From: Chrysomallon squamiferum
Taxonomy: Eukaryota > Animalia > Mollusca
Reading direction: 5' to 3'
Length of the DNA: 64,000 bases
NCBI GenBank assembly: GCA_012295275.1
Contig: CM022679.1
Location: 26,040,001 to 26,104,000 of the forward strand
Below the pieces are notes generated by a model that was not told where the DNA came from, searched no databases, and saw only the letters and a list, made by a program, of their open reading frames with translations. Below, one piece after another: positions 1 to 15,049 of the stretch. Made by a program: the position numbers and the translations under genes. Within the stretch, counting starts at the first letter, position 1, and every line of letters begins with the position of its first letter.

Positions 1-104
<104 letters not shown>

Positions 105-118
105 CATACACACATATG

Positions 119-165
<47 letters not shown>

Positions 166-594
166 GTATATATACACCATACATACTACTGTGTATATAA
201 TTGTAGTGTGTCAGTAAATACAAGTGATTTTCAATATATTATCAGTATATAAGCTGAATAATTAGTCTTCGATTTGTTAAAAGAAACAACAATCCACATG
301 ATGTAATATGTTGTTTGTAAACACATGCTGTCCTCATGACATACATCATAAATAGTCAGTTTAGTGAGAAAACTGCAATAGAGAGAAACAGTATACACTA
401 TATATATACTGTAGTGTTCATATACAACACATATATCAGTATATAAATAAGACATATATAATACATAGTGCATATACTGTTAGTACATGCACATAGACTG
501 CCATTATATACTATGTAAGTCAGTATGTAGTATATACACTATTAGTACATATTGTATACACTATCAGTCTACTGTCAGTATCTTTATATGTCAA

Positions 595-627
<33 letters not shown>

Positions 628-629
628 TG

Positions 630-665
<36 letters not shown>

Positions 666-702
666 CATACATGCATATATATATATATATATGTATCTAT
701 GA

Positions 703-733
<31 letters not shown>

Positions 734-827
734 GATAGATAGATAGATATGTATGTATGTATGTGTATGTACATGTATATGCATGTGTAAATATATATGT
801 ATATATGTATGTATGTATAAGGATATC

Positions 828-863
<36 letters not shown>

Positions 864-1195
864 AGACCATATATTGACAAAATTATATACTTAATACAAA
901 GTTATATATTGTTAATATCTAGGTATTGAGGAATCATCTTAATGATATATATTTTTTTTTTTTTTTTTCTGCATGAGGTAGAGCAGATCTTAACTGCTAT
1001 TTAATTTCTTTAATTTACTAATTTATGTATTTTGAAATTTTAAGTGTCGATTTTTTAAGGTGACATACAAATGAGTCCATGTTTTATGTGCTAGATGTAT
1101 ATATAAAAAAACCCCCACATAATTGGATTGCTTCATGCAATATATTGATAGAAAATCGTTTTACGAAATCGTATAGCTCCAGTTTTTATTCTGTT

Positions 1196-1288
<93 letters not shown>

Positions 1289-1969
1289 GCTAATTCTACA
1301 ACACGATTCTCTTCTCTCCATTTCATATCAGCTCTTCTTCACCTAACATCTGTTTAATACACGACATTTATTTATTTTTAGTATTATTTTATTTTATTTT
1401 ATTTTAAAACCCGATACCTCCAGTAAGGCAACCACGCATCACGTAACATTTATTGTAGCCAGTGTAAATATAATCGTTAAGTTGTTCTTACTCCATTCTG
1501 GCTATTTATTCAAACTGTTCCTTTGATCACGGCAATCAAGAAAAACATATATAAACATAACAGGTCCCAGGGAATGATATAATCTTGGAACAATGCGATT
1601 CAGTGGTTTCTAGAATAAACTCTCAAATCGAACGGGTCTAGGGACAGATCGATGTGTCTATGTAGCGTTTTGTGTAAAGAGACGAAAGGGAAACAAAACG
1701 AAAAGAAAACATAAATTAGGTGTTTCATGCAATGGATTAGAAAATAAATATAACGTTTTTTTTTTTTGTTTTTTTTTTTATTTGAAATGGACAAGTGATG
1801 TTTATTTTGTTTTTGTTTTGGGTTTTTAATTTTAAATTTTTTTTTTTTTTTTTTTTTTTATATGTGGGTGAAATATGTGATTGATTTTTTATTCTTTCAT
1901 TTTAGTCTCTTTTACATTTTTTTTTTAAAAGTTTTCGTCATTATATACACTAAATAATAATAATAATAA

Positions 1970-2049
<80 letters not shown>

Positions 2050-2229
2050 TCTACCTCTTTACAACAAAATATTTAAGCAAATCAAGAAAACTAATAAATA
2101 AATAAACATAAAAAATAAACAACTACAACAACAACAAAAAAATACCAAATATATAAAAAATTAACCCTAAACAGCAACCTTTAATTTCTAACCCCTTTCT
2201 TTCTTTCCATTTACTCATTCTCTCAATTC

Positions 2230-2530
2230 GTCGTTTCAAAGAACCGGTTTGTCCAGCTGGACAATTACCTAATTACTTACACAGGTATGACATACCTGTA
2301 GATGTAACAGTCCTTTGTAGGCACCATGCAATTTACACCTGCAGAAGAAAATACCTTTAGAAAAGTGACCTATTCTTGACCCGAGAACATTTGACCCGGT
2401 TCCTGCGTCGAAAGACAAAGTGGTTTTTATTGCCTCGTGTTATGTATTTTCATGTCAGTTTCGAGTTCTGTTCACTTGCGCGTAACCACGTGGTTACGTT
2501 TCAGTGGAAATTTGAGTGACACTTTCAGTG
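2230..2530. promoter_or_regulatory. Candidate enhancer island with palindromes and a DR5 nuclear-receptor element
   Basis: Unique CpG-containing island between AT repeats; TGACCT-n5-TGACCC at 2366-2382; palindromes at 2249-2264, 2281-2299 and 2481-2498. Confidence 0.45.
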
Positions 2531-2847
2531 TCAATGAACCTTATATTGATTTTTTTTGTTGTTTAACAACATAATTTAGAAACTTTAGATTTTTATTTAT
2601 TTATTTAAAAAAATAAAAAAAAAAAAAAAGAAAAAATTAGGATATAAATTTTTAGATTTAAAATTTTGTTGTTGTTGTTATTAAAAATAACCACAATAAT
2701 AATTATAATAATTTTAATAATTATAATTATAATAATAATTATAATTATATTTATTATTACACTGCTATACTTTTTTGTAGAAAAAAAACATTTAACAACA
2801 TTAAATAATAATTTTGAAATTAAACATTTTTAAAAATAAATAAATAA

Positions 2848-2919
<72 letters not shown>

Positions 2920-3275
2920 TAATGACAGTAATAATATAATTAGCACATCTTTTATTATTTGTCAGTTTTAAACAACATTTTACATCAATACATTTTATAT
3001 ATTTAATTTTATTTGGTATCTAAAATATAATTTTGCTGTTGAAGTTCATTTGTTATTCATAAAATAGAAATTTTATTTTATTTTATATTAAACATATTTA
3101 TCATGAAGATTTCAAAAGTATTTTTATCTGAGTTTACCTTCTATTCAGAATTTTTATTTATTATTTATTGTTGTATTTATTTACATTTATACATATATAA
3201 TAATATAATATAAATAACAGAACTGATAAAATTATTATGCACTAAATAACTAGACCAGATTTGTTTTGTTTTTAA

Positions 3276-3361
<86 letters not shown>

Positions 3362-4238
3362 TGTACTAATAGTAATTTTGTATTATTTGTATGTAATATA
3401 TCTGTTTCTTATATATATGTAATTTGAATGAATACATAAATATTAAGAAACAAATGAAATATATTTTTAGAATAATAAATTAAATATATAAATTTTTATG
3501 ATAAATATAATATATATATTTATAGTAAATAAATAAATAAATTTTTATGATAAATGTAATCCATATTTTTATTTAAATAAATAAATAAATGAATAAATTC
3601 ATACTTTTTATTGTAAATATAGTATATATTTTTACAGAAAATAAATAAATAAATAAATACATTTTAGACGTATTACATATTTTTATACTAAATAAATAAA
3701 TAAGTAAACCAATTCATACATTTATGTTTAAAAAAAACCCACATCAACAACCCAACAACAACAACAAACAATTATTTCAGATAAAACATTTCTTTCTAAA
3801 ACTAAAATTTTTCTTCTTCTTCTTCTTTTTGCATGTAAAGTTAAAAAAAAAAAAAAAAGCACTTTGTAAAACTCTTATCATCCCTTTGTCCATTGCGTCA
3901 TCAGATGATTTGGCAATTTTTTTTAATTTTTTTTTTTTAAATTAGGTTACTATAGCATTTTCTACACACCTTGTCAAAAGGCCTTTCGTGAAAAAAAAAA
4001 AAAAAAAAAAAAAAAAATCTATCCTTAACCACCACCATTATACGTATAATCCGAGTAAATATACACAACACAAACTGTAACATTCGGTTAGTCTGAATAA
4101 CGTCTGAATAGCGCCAATTACGCCAAACTCTTTTGTTTTTCCCCCCATCTGTTGTTATTCATTCATTATGCTGTGCGGTCTAAAAGCCTTCGGGGTTGTG
4201 TGTGTGTGTGTGTGTGTGGGGGGGGTGCCTTTCGGCCT

Positions 4239-4253
4239 CTTTGTTATGCAAAT
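4239..4253 (+). promoter_or_regulatory. Sox-POU composite site CTTTGTTATGCAAAT
   Basis: Exact match to the canonical Sox(CTTTGT)-octamer(ATGCAAAT) composite, inside a unique island at about 4060-4420. Confidence 0.5.
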
Positions 4254-4432
4254 GTATGCACATAATAACGCAATTAAAACTTTGAATGTTTCATCTTATT
4301 AACAGCTTGGCTCAAGAAGTAGATGTAATTACGCAGAAAAACGGCCAACCTCATTTATTACATTTTTATAATCCCTCGCAGCTTAAACAGCCCGACGTAA
4401 CAGGCAATTGTTTCCAATGATATTTAAGTAGG

Positions 4433-4476
<44 letters not shown>

Positions 4477-4806
4477 GAAAGGTAAAATAAATAATGAAGG
4501 AATGGGGGTGAGTGGTAGGTGGGGGAGGGAGATAGGATACGCTTGGATGTCGTGTAATTTCTGCTATGTGATAAGATAACAGTTTAGAAAGAAAAGAAAT
4601 TTCGGGATTATGTGGTCGTTGCGTCATTTTGAGTTCAGAGCGTGAGTGTGTATGTGTGAATATATGCATGCATACATACATACATACATTATAGACGAGA
4701 CAATGAATAACATATACAATTTCTTTTGTTACATATCAACATTTATAACATTTTTATTACTTATTTACAGGATTTATGTGTAAATCATATTTCATTTATA
4801 TTTTTC

Positions 4807-4846
<40 letters not shown>

Positions 4847-4977
4847 GATAAAACACATTTTCTTAATTTTGTATTTTGATTAGTAATAATAATAACAATA
4901 ACAACATATACTGGTATATTACTAACCTTTCTGTATATTAAAATGAAAAATTAATAACATTAATAACTTTTTAGAAT

Positions 4978-5013
<36 letters not shown>

Positions 5014-5127
5014 GTCATAAAATAATAATAACAGTAACAACAACAACAACAACAACAACAAATAATAATAATAATAATAATAATAGCCGCAGCAACAACT
5101 AAAACCATACTACTACTAATAATAATA

Positions 5128-5171
<44 letters not shown>

Positions 5172-7085
5172 AATAAAATAATAAACAGATTACTACAGCT
5201 ATGTTTCTGTATCATTAAAAATATACAACCACCACAAAAAGTTATCTCCATTTAAATAATATCAATTGATTTTTGCAGTGAAATATGAAACATTAGAATA
5301 GAATTTTTTTTCTTCAAATCGTATCAATTTGTAACGCTTTTAACATGTTAATGATCTAATAATGATTTTTAATTCAACAGAAAAAAAAAGTAATTCCTGA
5401 GTGTGGTCAATTTATGGTAATCTAACAGCAATTTATACCATAATAGATTTCTTTTTTGTTTTGTTTTGTTCTGCTTTTGGTATCATATTGTGTTTCAAAT
5501 TAGCCACTTCTGAAATTATATCGGTTGGAATGATTTTTTTTTTTTTTTTTTTTTTGGCGTTAATAATTTAAAACAGTAAAATTGTATATATGTTATGTTC
5601 AACGTAATATGACTGTCATGTGTTTATAACTGTGATTTACACACCAGCATTGCTGTATTATAAAGATGTAAAAATATCAGATTTACTGATAATTTATTTG
5701 GGTATGTGGCTTAAACATTTAAATTTTCTAACTGTAAATAATATCTACATATATCAAATAATTTAAACACTGAAATTGAAGGATTTATATATTTTTTAAT
5801 CTGTTAAATTTTGAAAACTGCTATTTAAAAGTCTCTGTAAATATTTATATTCAAATTATATATTTGTGTATATTTCATTTTATTTAAAAAAATTTTTACT
5901 AATCTTGTCTATATCAATTAAATTCTAATTACACCTAATTATTTATTTGGTGTAAAAAAAACCCACGAAATTTAATAAACTTTACCTCCACATAATTGCA
6001 TTATTTAAGTCTAAATAACCTAATTATCAGTGTATTTAATTTAATACTCTTAATTTGTTAGACGTCACATGCATTGGCAGTTTTCGTTTTTGAAAAACAA
6101 TTTTATCCTTTCAAAGAAAACTGGAATTATATGTGAAAAACGTGTCTGTTTGTCTGTTTCACCGTCTTTCTGTCTGTAACAGTGAATGAAAAAGAGTCAT
6201 TAGTGTTAGATAATCCGGATTAGTCGAGACAGGGCGATTTCATTCAGTTTAATTTACTAATTAATACAAACAGGTGATGTACATCTCGTAATAATATAGA
6301 TATATTGTTAATTTATTTAAGCTGCGGAATTTGTTTGTCTTTGATCTTCACTGTAAATTTAGTCGATTGATTTAGAAAAGAAAGTAAGAAAAAGTAAATA
6401 TGTAAGTATAATAGTTTTGATTATTTTATGTGGAAATAAAAATTAATAAGGAATATTAATATTGGGTGAATGATAAGTAAATAAGTGAATAAGAATATTA
6501 AGAATTATTATTATTATTAATCTACTTATTTATTTACTTATTTTAAAAAAAGATTTTGTTTGCTACTTCACACATTTAAATAACTGATATATTTAACTAA
6601 TAATGTTGACACGGTTCTAAAGATAAACAAGAAAAGAGTAACAAAAACAACAACAACAAAAACAGCAGTAACAACAACAACAACAACAACAAAATACTCT
6701 TCCTTTTATGTATCGCTACAGAAATGAAATACAATATTTTTTTAATAGGTTTTACAATTTCATTCTTCAATCGTCTTGTTTAATTTATAATTTGATAATC
6801 CTGGATATGAAATATTACTGTTTCAAATATTTATTTATTTTAGATGTTAACTCCTGTAAATTTCTTTCCAGTATTTCAGATGTATAATTGAATTAAACTT
6901 AATTGATTAGTTTACAAAATACAAAATAGATTAATTAAGAAAAAAAGAAAAAATTGAAATAAATAGATTAATATAAATAAAAATGCCAAATAAGTAAATT
7001 AACTGAACCGAATCAATGAATGAATGATGATGGTGATGTTGATGATGTTACTACTACTACTGCTGCTACTACCACCAATGATAAA

Positions 7086-7101
7086 AATAATAATAATAAT
7101 G

Positions 7102-7180
<79 letters not shown>

Positions 7181-7233
7181 TTATGATTATGATGATGATG
7201 ATATTAATGATAATTATAACAAAAATCCCAGTC

Positions 7234-7282
<49 letters not shown>
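7086..7282. repeat. (AAT)n/(GAT)n trinucleotide microsatellite (representative of many in the window)
   Basis: Directly visible; it produces the poly-N/poly-I ORFs at 6999-7316. Confidence 0.95.
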
Positions 7283-7285
<3 letters not shown>

Positions 7286-7533
7286 AAAACGTCCTGGTGA
7301 TTTGGCAGTGAGCTGATAGTTTGTATTATATTGCGTGTTCTAACATTTAACAGTTTGCCAATTTTACAAAGTGTAATAAAACACAGTAATCACAACTCGC
7401 TCCAAAACAGACTGATACTTCACATTCAGTGTCAAACAGTGAGATAGTTTTGTGATAAAATACTCGCTTATTTTAGTAGAAATATATTATACACTTGTAC
7501 TAACTGAATAAAAGTAGTGTGTCAGTAGATTAT

Positions 7534-7573
<40 letters not shown>

Positions 7574-7750
7574 AAAAAAAAAAAAAATAAAAAATAAAAA
7601 GAAATTATAAATGATAATAAATAAATAAATAAATAAATAAATAAGAATTTTTTTTTTAAATAATAATATAATGATATAATAATAATAATAATAATATTAA
7701 TTTTAAAATTTTAAAATATATACATAAAAATAACACCAGCACTAACTAAG

Positions 7751-7800
<50 letters not shown>

Positions 7801-8130
7801 TAATAATAATAATAATAAATAATAATTAAAACAAATGTTAATTTGGAAATATTTGCACTGATGTTATTCTAACGGAATTGATACTATTCCTTTTCCCTTT
7901 TCCAAACTGTATGTGTTTGTGTGTGTGTGTGTATATATATATATATAGCGCATGTTATTAATTTGTATGTTAAAAACACAAATTATTACTTTGTAACTGT
8001 TAAAAACATTAATTAATTAATTAAATAATTTAATTGCTCAAAAATGTTTTTAATTTGTAACAAAGAATATTGTATATAGTTCTGACGCTAAACCCACACC
8101 AAAATATCTTTATGGAGAAATAAATAACAC

Positions 8131-8223
<93 letters not shown>

Positions 8224-8682
8224 CATCATTATAAGAGTATTCCGTATTTATTAACCACCCATAAATATGTCAGTACAGAAACAAATAATATATTTATATC
8301 GTCATTGTCCCAAGACCATCCAATATTCTGAACACACCCATTAATCTGTTACTACAGAAACTAATAATGTATTTAACTGGCTATAAAAGTATCAAGACAT
8401 AATGTAGACTGTTATACGAATTACATAACCACCTGACCATCTGTTGCATATCATCATAAACTGTTGATTAAGGTCACTTTATGTTTGTTTCAGTCTGTGT
8501 TAGGCGGTTAGGTTATAACGTTGTATTATTTCGAAAAACAGTCGTTATCTTTAAAAGCTTCTAGACGTGAGAATCGGGGATCGGTCCTCGTCAGCGATTA
8601 CTTAACAAGAGCAGATTAGATTATTGTGAAGTCTTTATTTTTATTTATTTATTTATTTTATAAATTTAGTTTATAAGGTTAA

Positions 8683-8749
<67 letters not shown>

Positions 8750-9172
8750 TTGATGATGATGATAATAATATGTACTACTTTTACTATAGATGCTGCTGCT
8801 ACTACTACTACAACTATTACTAGTATTACTACTTCTACTATTACTACTATTAATAATAATAAAGAAAGTAACATATTGATATCTTTGATTTATCTGTTTG
8901 ATGTTTGATTATCTTTTGCTCATTATTATTAAAACTTTTTTTTTATAATTACTCTACCAACTTTTTGTTTAGATATCCACTTGATTTCGAAAATTCAATA
9001 AAACTACTGACATGAAATTTGAATGAACTGCATTAATAGAGAAAGAAGCAAAACAGATATTTCAGTCTGCAGTTTCATTAATGTTTGTCTTGAACTGTAT
9101 CAGTGAAATAGATATTAAAGTTATACCTATTACGTAAAAAGAAGAAATTAATTAGTTCATTATTTTTATAAA

Positions 9173-9219
<47 letters not shown>

Positions 9220-9314
9220 GTAGTAGTAGTAGTAGTTGTAGTAGTAGTAGTGTTAGTAATAGCAGGTGTAGTAGCAGCAGTATATATATGTGTTTGTGTA
9301 TATGTGTGTATAAG

Positions 9315-9354
<40 letters not shown>

Positions 9355-9734
9355 TAAGATTTTATAATTAATAAGTATAGTACAGAGTATGTTGGTGGTG
9401 TGTTTGGTCTTTCATGTGTTCATTGTAAAGAAAAAATAAAATCATTATAATTATCTCCAACACGTAATAAGCACTCATGTTAAAAACAGGCTGAGACTTT
9501 TTATAACGTGCTCATTCATTATATAAAATGATACACTTCATTTTTCATATTGGTATCGGGAAAAAACTCATAAATTAATAAAAAAAAAATAAAAAAAAAA
9601 TAACTATGTAAATAAAAAAAAATAAAAAATAAAAAATAAAAAATAATTAATAAAAAAATAAAAAAATAAAAATAAAAACAAAGTAATAATAATAATAATT
9701 ATTAAAAAAAATATCCAATATCGTTTCGTTACTA

Positions 9735-10045
9735 TGACATATTAAAATAGATTTCACAAAATAAATTATACATTTTGCAATTTTATGTTGTTTCTTTGAT
9801 ATCATTCAAATGATTTTACCTATGGAAATACACATTATATTATGTTCTATATTAATACTGTGTTACATTAAATAGATGTCCAGAAAATTAAAGTACACAT
9901 TACATCGTTATTGTTTATTATATCCCTTTATTAATAACACATTAAACAGATTTCACAAATTAAAATACACATTACATCTTTACAGTGTATTATGTCCTAT
10001 ATTAATATTGTGTTACACTAAAAGGATTTCGCAAAATTTATATTA
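9735..10045. repeat. Degenerate minisatellite of about 75 bp, 3-4 copies
   Basis: Recurring ACATTAAAyAGATTTCACAAA..TAAA.TACACATTACATC and TATTATGT.CTATATTAATA.TGTGTTACA blocks. Confidence 0.7.
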
Positions 10046-10379
10046 AACTAACAGCTCAAAGAAATATACTAGAATAGTGTTATATTTCACTTTATGTTTG
10101 ATAAAGCCGTGATTCTATATGTAGACCGAGTCTTTGTGTTTTCAGAAGTACCCATTGTTCCACACACACACACACACGAAACGAAACAGTCGCGTTTTGT
10201 GTTTCTAGGAACATAAAGCAATTTAATAAAATCATCGAGGCATAAATAATTAATTAAAGATATAATTTCTAATTGTGGAAAAAGACGAGACACGTTGATT
10301 GTTGGTTGTTTTCTTGTTGTTAAAGAAGACGTTGTTAAGCTTCTTTTTTTTTTTTTTTTTCTTCTGGGTTTTTTTTGTT

Positions 10380-10417
<38 letters not shown>

Positions 10418-11256
10418 CAAAATTTCGATTTGTTTATTGTTATATTTGACATCTCGTGATAACCCAGTTATGTAAAACTACCTTTCAAAATGTTTCTTCT
10501 TGTTCTTGTTCTTTTCTTCTTCTTCTTCTTCTTCATATTTTATTTTTATTATTGTTGTAGTTGTTGTCGTTATGGTTGTTGTTGTTGTCGATGTTGTTGT
10601 TATTATTATCGTTATTATCATTACATTATTTATTTGTATAATTCAGTAAAAACTGATATTTCTAGACGTGTACAAACGTATATTCAAAGATTTACGTACA
10701 TTTGTTCATGTAATATTTTAATTTAACCAAATTAAAAGATTTAGAACAAAATGGAACTATTAATGATAGTTTACATACAAGTCTCTCATAAAAAGTGTTA
10801 TGAAAAAAAAAAATCATTTAAAATTTATATAGTTCGAAGTTTTGAGAAGATAAAATATGATATGTACTTTATTAATGCTTTGATAACTAATACATTCATT
10901 GCTATAAAAACAGATATAAAACGATGACGAAATTTAAATATTTGCCATTAACAGTCTGTAAATATATTCACAATGTAATACCATAAAAAAGTATTGAATT
11001 CTTTACCAGGAAGTTTATTGTACGTTAATGTAAAGCAAAACAGATAAATCTATCAATACACAAAACAAATGATATATTTTTATTGTAATAATATTATCAA
11101 TATCCCGACTTCTATACCAGTCCATAAATCTATTAATATGGAAACAAATAATAGATCTACATTTAATTTTTTACATTTATGTAGTCATAGTTTCATCATT
11201 AAAAGGTCCAAATAGCATCTCGTTCTGATGTATGTATGTATATCTATATATATATA

Positions 11257-11301
<45 letters not shown>

Positions 11302-12751
11302 GTCTGTGCGTGTGTGTTTGTGTGTGTATGTCTGAGTGTGTGTGTTTGTGTGTTTGTGTGTGTATATATGTATGAGTGTGTTTGTGTATGTCTGTGTATA
11401 TATGTCTGTGTGTGTGTCTGTATGTGTGTGTTTCTGTTTGTGTGTGTGTACGTGTGTACGTGTGTATGCGAGATATTCTTATAATCTTTGTAAAAAGGTA
11501 TTTATGTATTTGCAAACTGAATATTTTTGTTTGTTGTTTTTATTTGTTGTTTGTATAAAATTGAAATTTAATAAAATACTTACTTGTCTAGTACAATAAT
11601 ATAAAGCTATGACAAATCGACATTTATTCACATTAAAACACCATAAAACAGTCTGACAAATTGAGATTCACAACATAAAACTCTGACATAAACAGAAATG
11701 AATTATAGAGCTATATCCATTGATATACCTCGTCTCTCTGCCTTTTTCGTTCTCTCTGTCTCATTGCCTTCTCTGTCTGTATGTCCTTCGATCCATCCAT
11801 CCATTCATCCTTCCATCCATCCATCCATCCATCTTCGTCTATCTATTTTCTTTTTGATTCTTTCTTTCCTTTTTTTCATTCTATCAAAACCTTCACTGTC
11901 TCTTTTCAAATTTGTTTGTCCTCAGTTCAAATTTATACCTACAGCATTTCAAAAATTCCTTATCACACATCTCTATTTATTTAAACCCACAAATGGTTAA
12001 AACAAAATTTCCTTATCAAGATTAATTCCGCAGACCAATAATGTTAAATTATGGCCACAAAACGGAAGATTTTACTGCGAAACAAAAACCACGTTTTTAA
12101 CACGTCCGTCTTTTTAACGTTCTCATTAATTTGATGGCGAAGTCTTCAAAACCTTAGCGCTGAAAAAAACTCGTGACCGATTTCCCCTAAGGTCAAACGG
12201 CTGACCACGTCCAGGTGACCTCAGCCAATGTCGTAAAATGTAGACCACTGTCTGAAAGACTGAGATTTGTTCTAGCAAAAGCCAGTCAGACGTAAAGTTT
12301 GCAAGATAGCAGAGGTTAGTGATACAAGCCAGAAATTAGCATTAAGCAGAGCATGAGATAGATAACTCAGCGAATTTCCGCTGATTTTTTTTTTTTTTTT
12401 TTTTACCTGTAGAACTAAATGTAATAGTAAAATTTCTCAGTTTAATAAGAATATTGGTTTTTGCTAGAGTATTTTTCATAATGAAATTCATATTCGTCTT
12501 GGAGTGATGATAAGAATATTTTAATAAGCCAATATATTCGTGTATGTGTCTTTGTGTGTCTTTGTGTGTTTGTCTGTGTATGTATGTATGTATGTATGTA
12601 TATGTGTGTGTGTATGTATGTATGCATGTATGTGTTTATGTAGTTTAGGATTTTGAATATTCTCTGTCTTATGTACGTCTGAATAGACTCTGCACATTGA
12701 CAATATTCGGGAACGCATATATGTATGTATGAATTTATGAATGTATGTATG

Positions 12752-12785
<34 letters not shown>

Positions 12786-13302
12786 TGTATGTACGTACGT
12801 ACGTACGTATACATGTATGCATGTATGTCTGCCTATTATGAATAGCAAATATCAGAATTAAGTTTTTTTACAACCTCTTAGTCAGATTTAACAATAACAT
12901 GTAAATCGCATCTTATCCTTTCTCTCGTACCAATGCTCTAAGAACCTGACACAAGCAGACGTCTACGTTACTGAATGAACTTTCAGTTGACGTCTGCGTG
13001 TTTCAATCGGTTGACTTCATAATTGATTGCTTGGATTTGAATAAAATGCATTACAACATAATACGGTTTTGTACTGACACAGCAACAACCATCTTTATTA
13101 AATTAGTAATTTTATTTGTCTCTCTGACAACATTAAATAATGAAATGTAATTTGTTACTTGACTTTTATTGAATATGTTCAAATATAGATTCGTTATATG
13201 CTAATCATGAAATATTACGTGTAATATTTTTAGATATTTTTCATTTTGTGTTTCTGCAAAAGATCTATTCGTTCGCTGTTTTATCGGTCTATTTATCTAT
13301 GC

Positions 13303-13500
<198 letters not shown>

Positions 13501-13609
13501 CCCTGTCTGTCTCTGAGTGTCTGTCTATCTAATCTAGCCATGTATATTCTGTATAAATTTATAAACATGATTTCTGTTATTGCAGCTTGACTGGAACCAT
13601 CGTTACGTA

Positions 13610-13757
13610 ATGGCCGACTTTTCACCCAAGATACAAGTTTCCAATCCAGACGAAATTCGTATGGAACAAAACCTTATTAAAGTCGAACAAGCGCAGAACA
13701 TTATCAACAATAACAACAACAACAACAACAACAATAACGCTAGCGGCGATGGAAAAG
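13610..13757 (+). CDS. Coding exon (exon 13586-13757) encoding a 49-aa N-terminal peptide MADFSPKIQVSNPDEIRMEQNLIKVEQAQNII(N)11ASGDGK; probable alternative N-terminus of a transcription factor, candidate Pax6/paired-box gene
   Basis: Acceptor ttctgttattgcAG|C at 13585/13586; GTAATGG Kozak context at 13610; frame open through the exon; consensus donor AAG|GTAAGA at 13757/13758 (phase 1); non-repetitive codon-like sequence; IKVE SUMO motif. Gene identity is inference only. Confidence 0.75.
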
Positions 13758-14583
13758 GTAAGAATTGTTTTTATTTATTTATTTATTATTATTATTGTGT
13801 TATTTTTTGACAACTAACAGTTATAGTGTTAATTTCTAATCCTTATTATTATTGTTATTATTAATATTTGTATTAATATGATTTATATAAATATTAAATT
13901 TTTGATCTGTGGTTCTCTGTTAATATGTGTGGAGATATAACAAGAAAGGATATCTTGTGATTTTTACATCCGGTTTTGAAAAACTCTGGTATTAGAAAAA
14001 AAAAAAAAAAAAAAAATTTAAAAGAACCTTCTGATGAAATTTTTTTTCAAGATACAAAAAAATAATAATTATTATTATTATTAAGAAGAAAGAAAGAAAG
14101 AAAATAAATACTAGCATTTTAAAATTACGTATCCCGAATAAGAAGAATCACGTCCTGATCGCTTCTAGAAGTATTTTTGAAATCTTTGTCATACGCTTTA
14201 TTTTACTTCAGTGTAATTGTAGGAGAAAATTAAGGGTTTAAAGATCTTTCTCTTCACATGAATAATCAAAGGTTTTCTGCGTCAGAGGCAAACCAACCAT
14301 GTGCCCTCGTCTTTCTTCGTAACAAGTGGATGGATTACTCGAAACGTTGTTTGCACCGAGCAAAATGACTAGCACCTTTATGTTAAAAAGATTGAGGCAA
14401 TTTATAGTATGTGAAACGAGTAAGTTATTTCGTATATACTAAAGTTGATACTGAATAGGCTGTAAAAAAACACAACAAAAAAACATCTGTCCATTACTGA
14501 CAAGTCGAGGCTATTATTGAGTGTGTGTTCGTTTGTTAGTGTGTGTGTGTGTTTATACATTTGTGTAAGTGTGATAAATATAA

Positions 14584-14655
<72 letters not shown>

Positions 14656-14927
14656 CGACAGAGAGAGAGAGACAGAGGAAAAAACGTGAATGTATTTGTA
14701 TGTGTAAAGAGAGAGAGAGACGGACAGACAGTGAGATAGAAAGACAGAGGAGGGTAAACGAGAACGGTGTTTTGACCATTACACCAGGTCTGAATGCACA
14801 GATAGATGTTAATCTTTCTACTGAAGTTACTTGTGTTCTATGTGTTTGATCTGATCTCACCGGGTTTCAATTCGCCAACGTATTACAGTTGATCTGTATC
14901 TTTCTTACAATGTTACCTCCCATGCAG

Positions 14928-14962
<35 letters not shown>

Positions 14963-15008
14963 TACACACAAGCGCACAGATTTGACAACACCTACACATT
15001 TAATAGAA

Positions 15009-15049
<41 letters not shown>

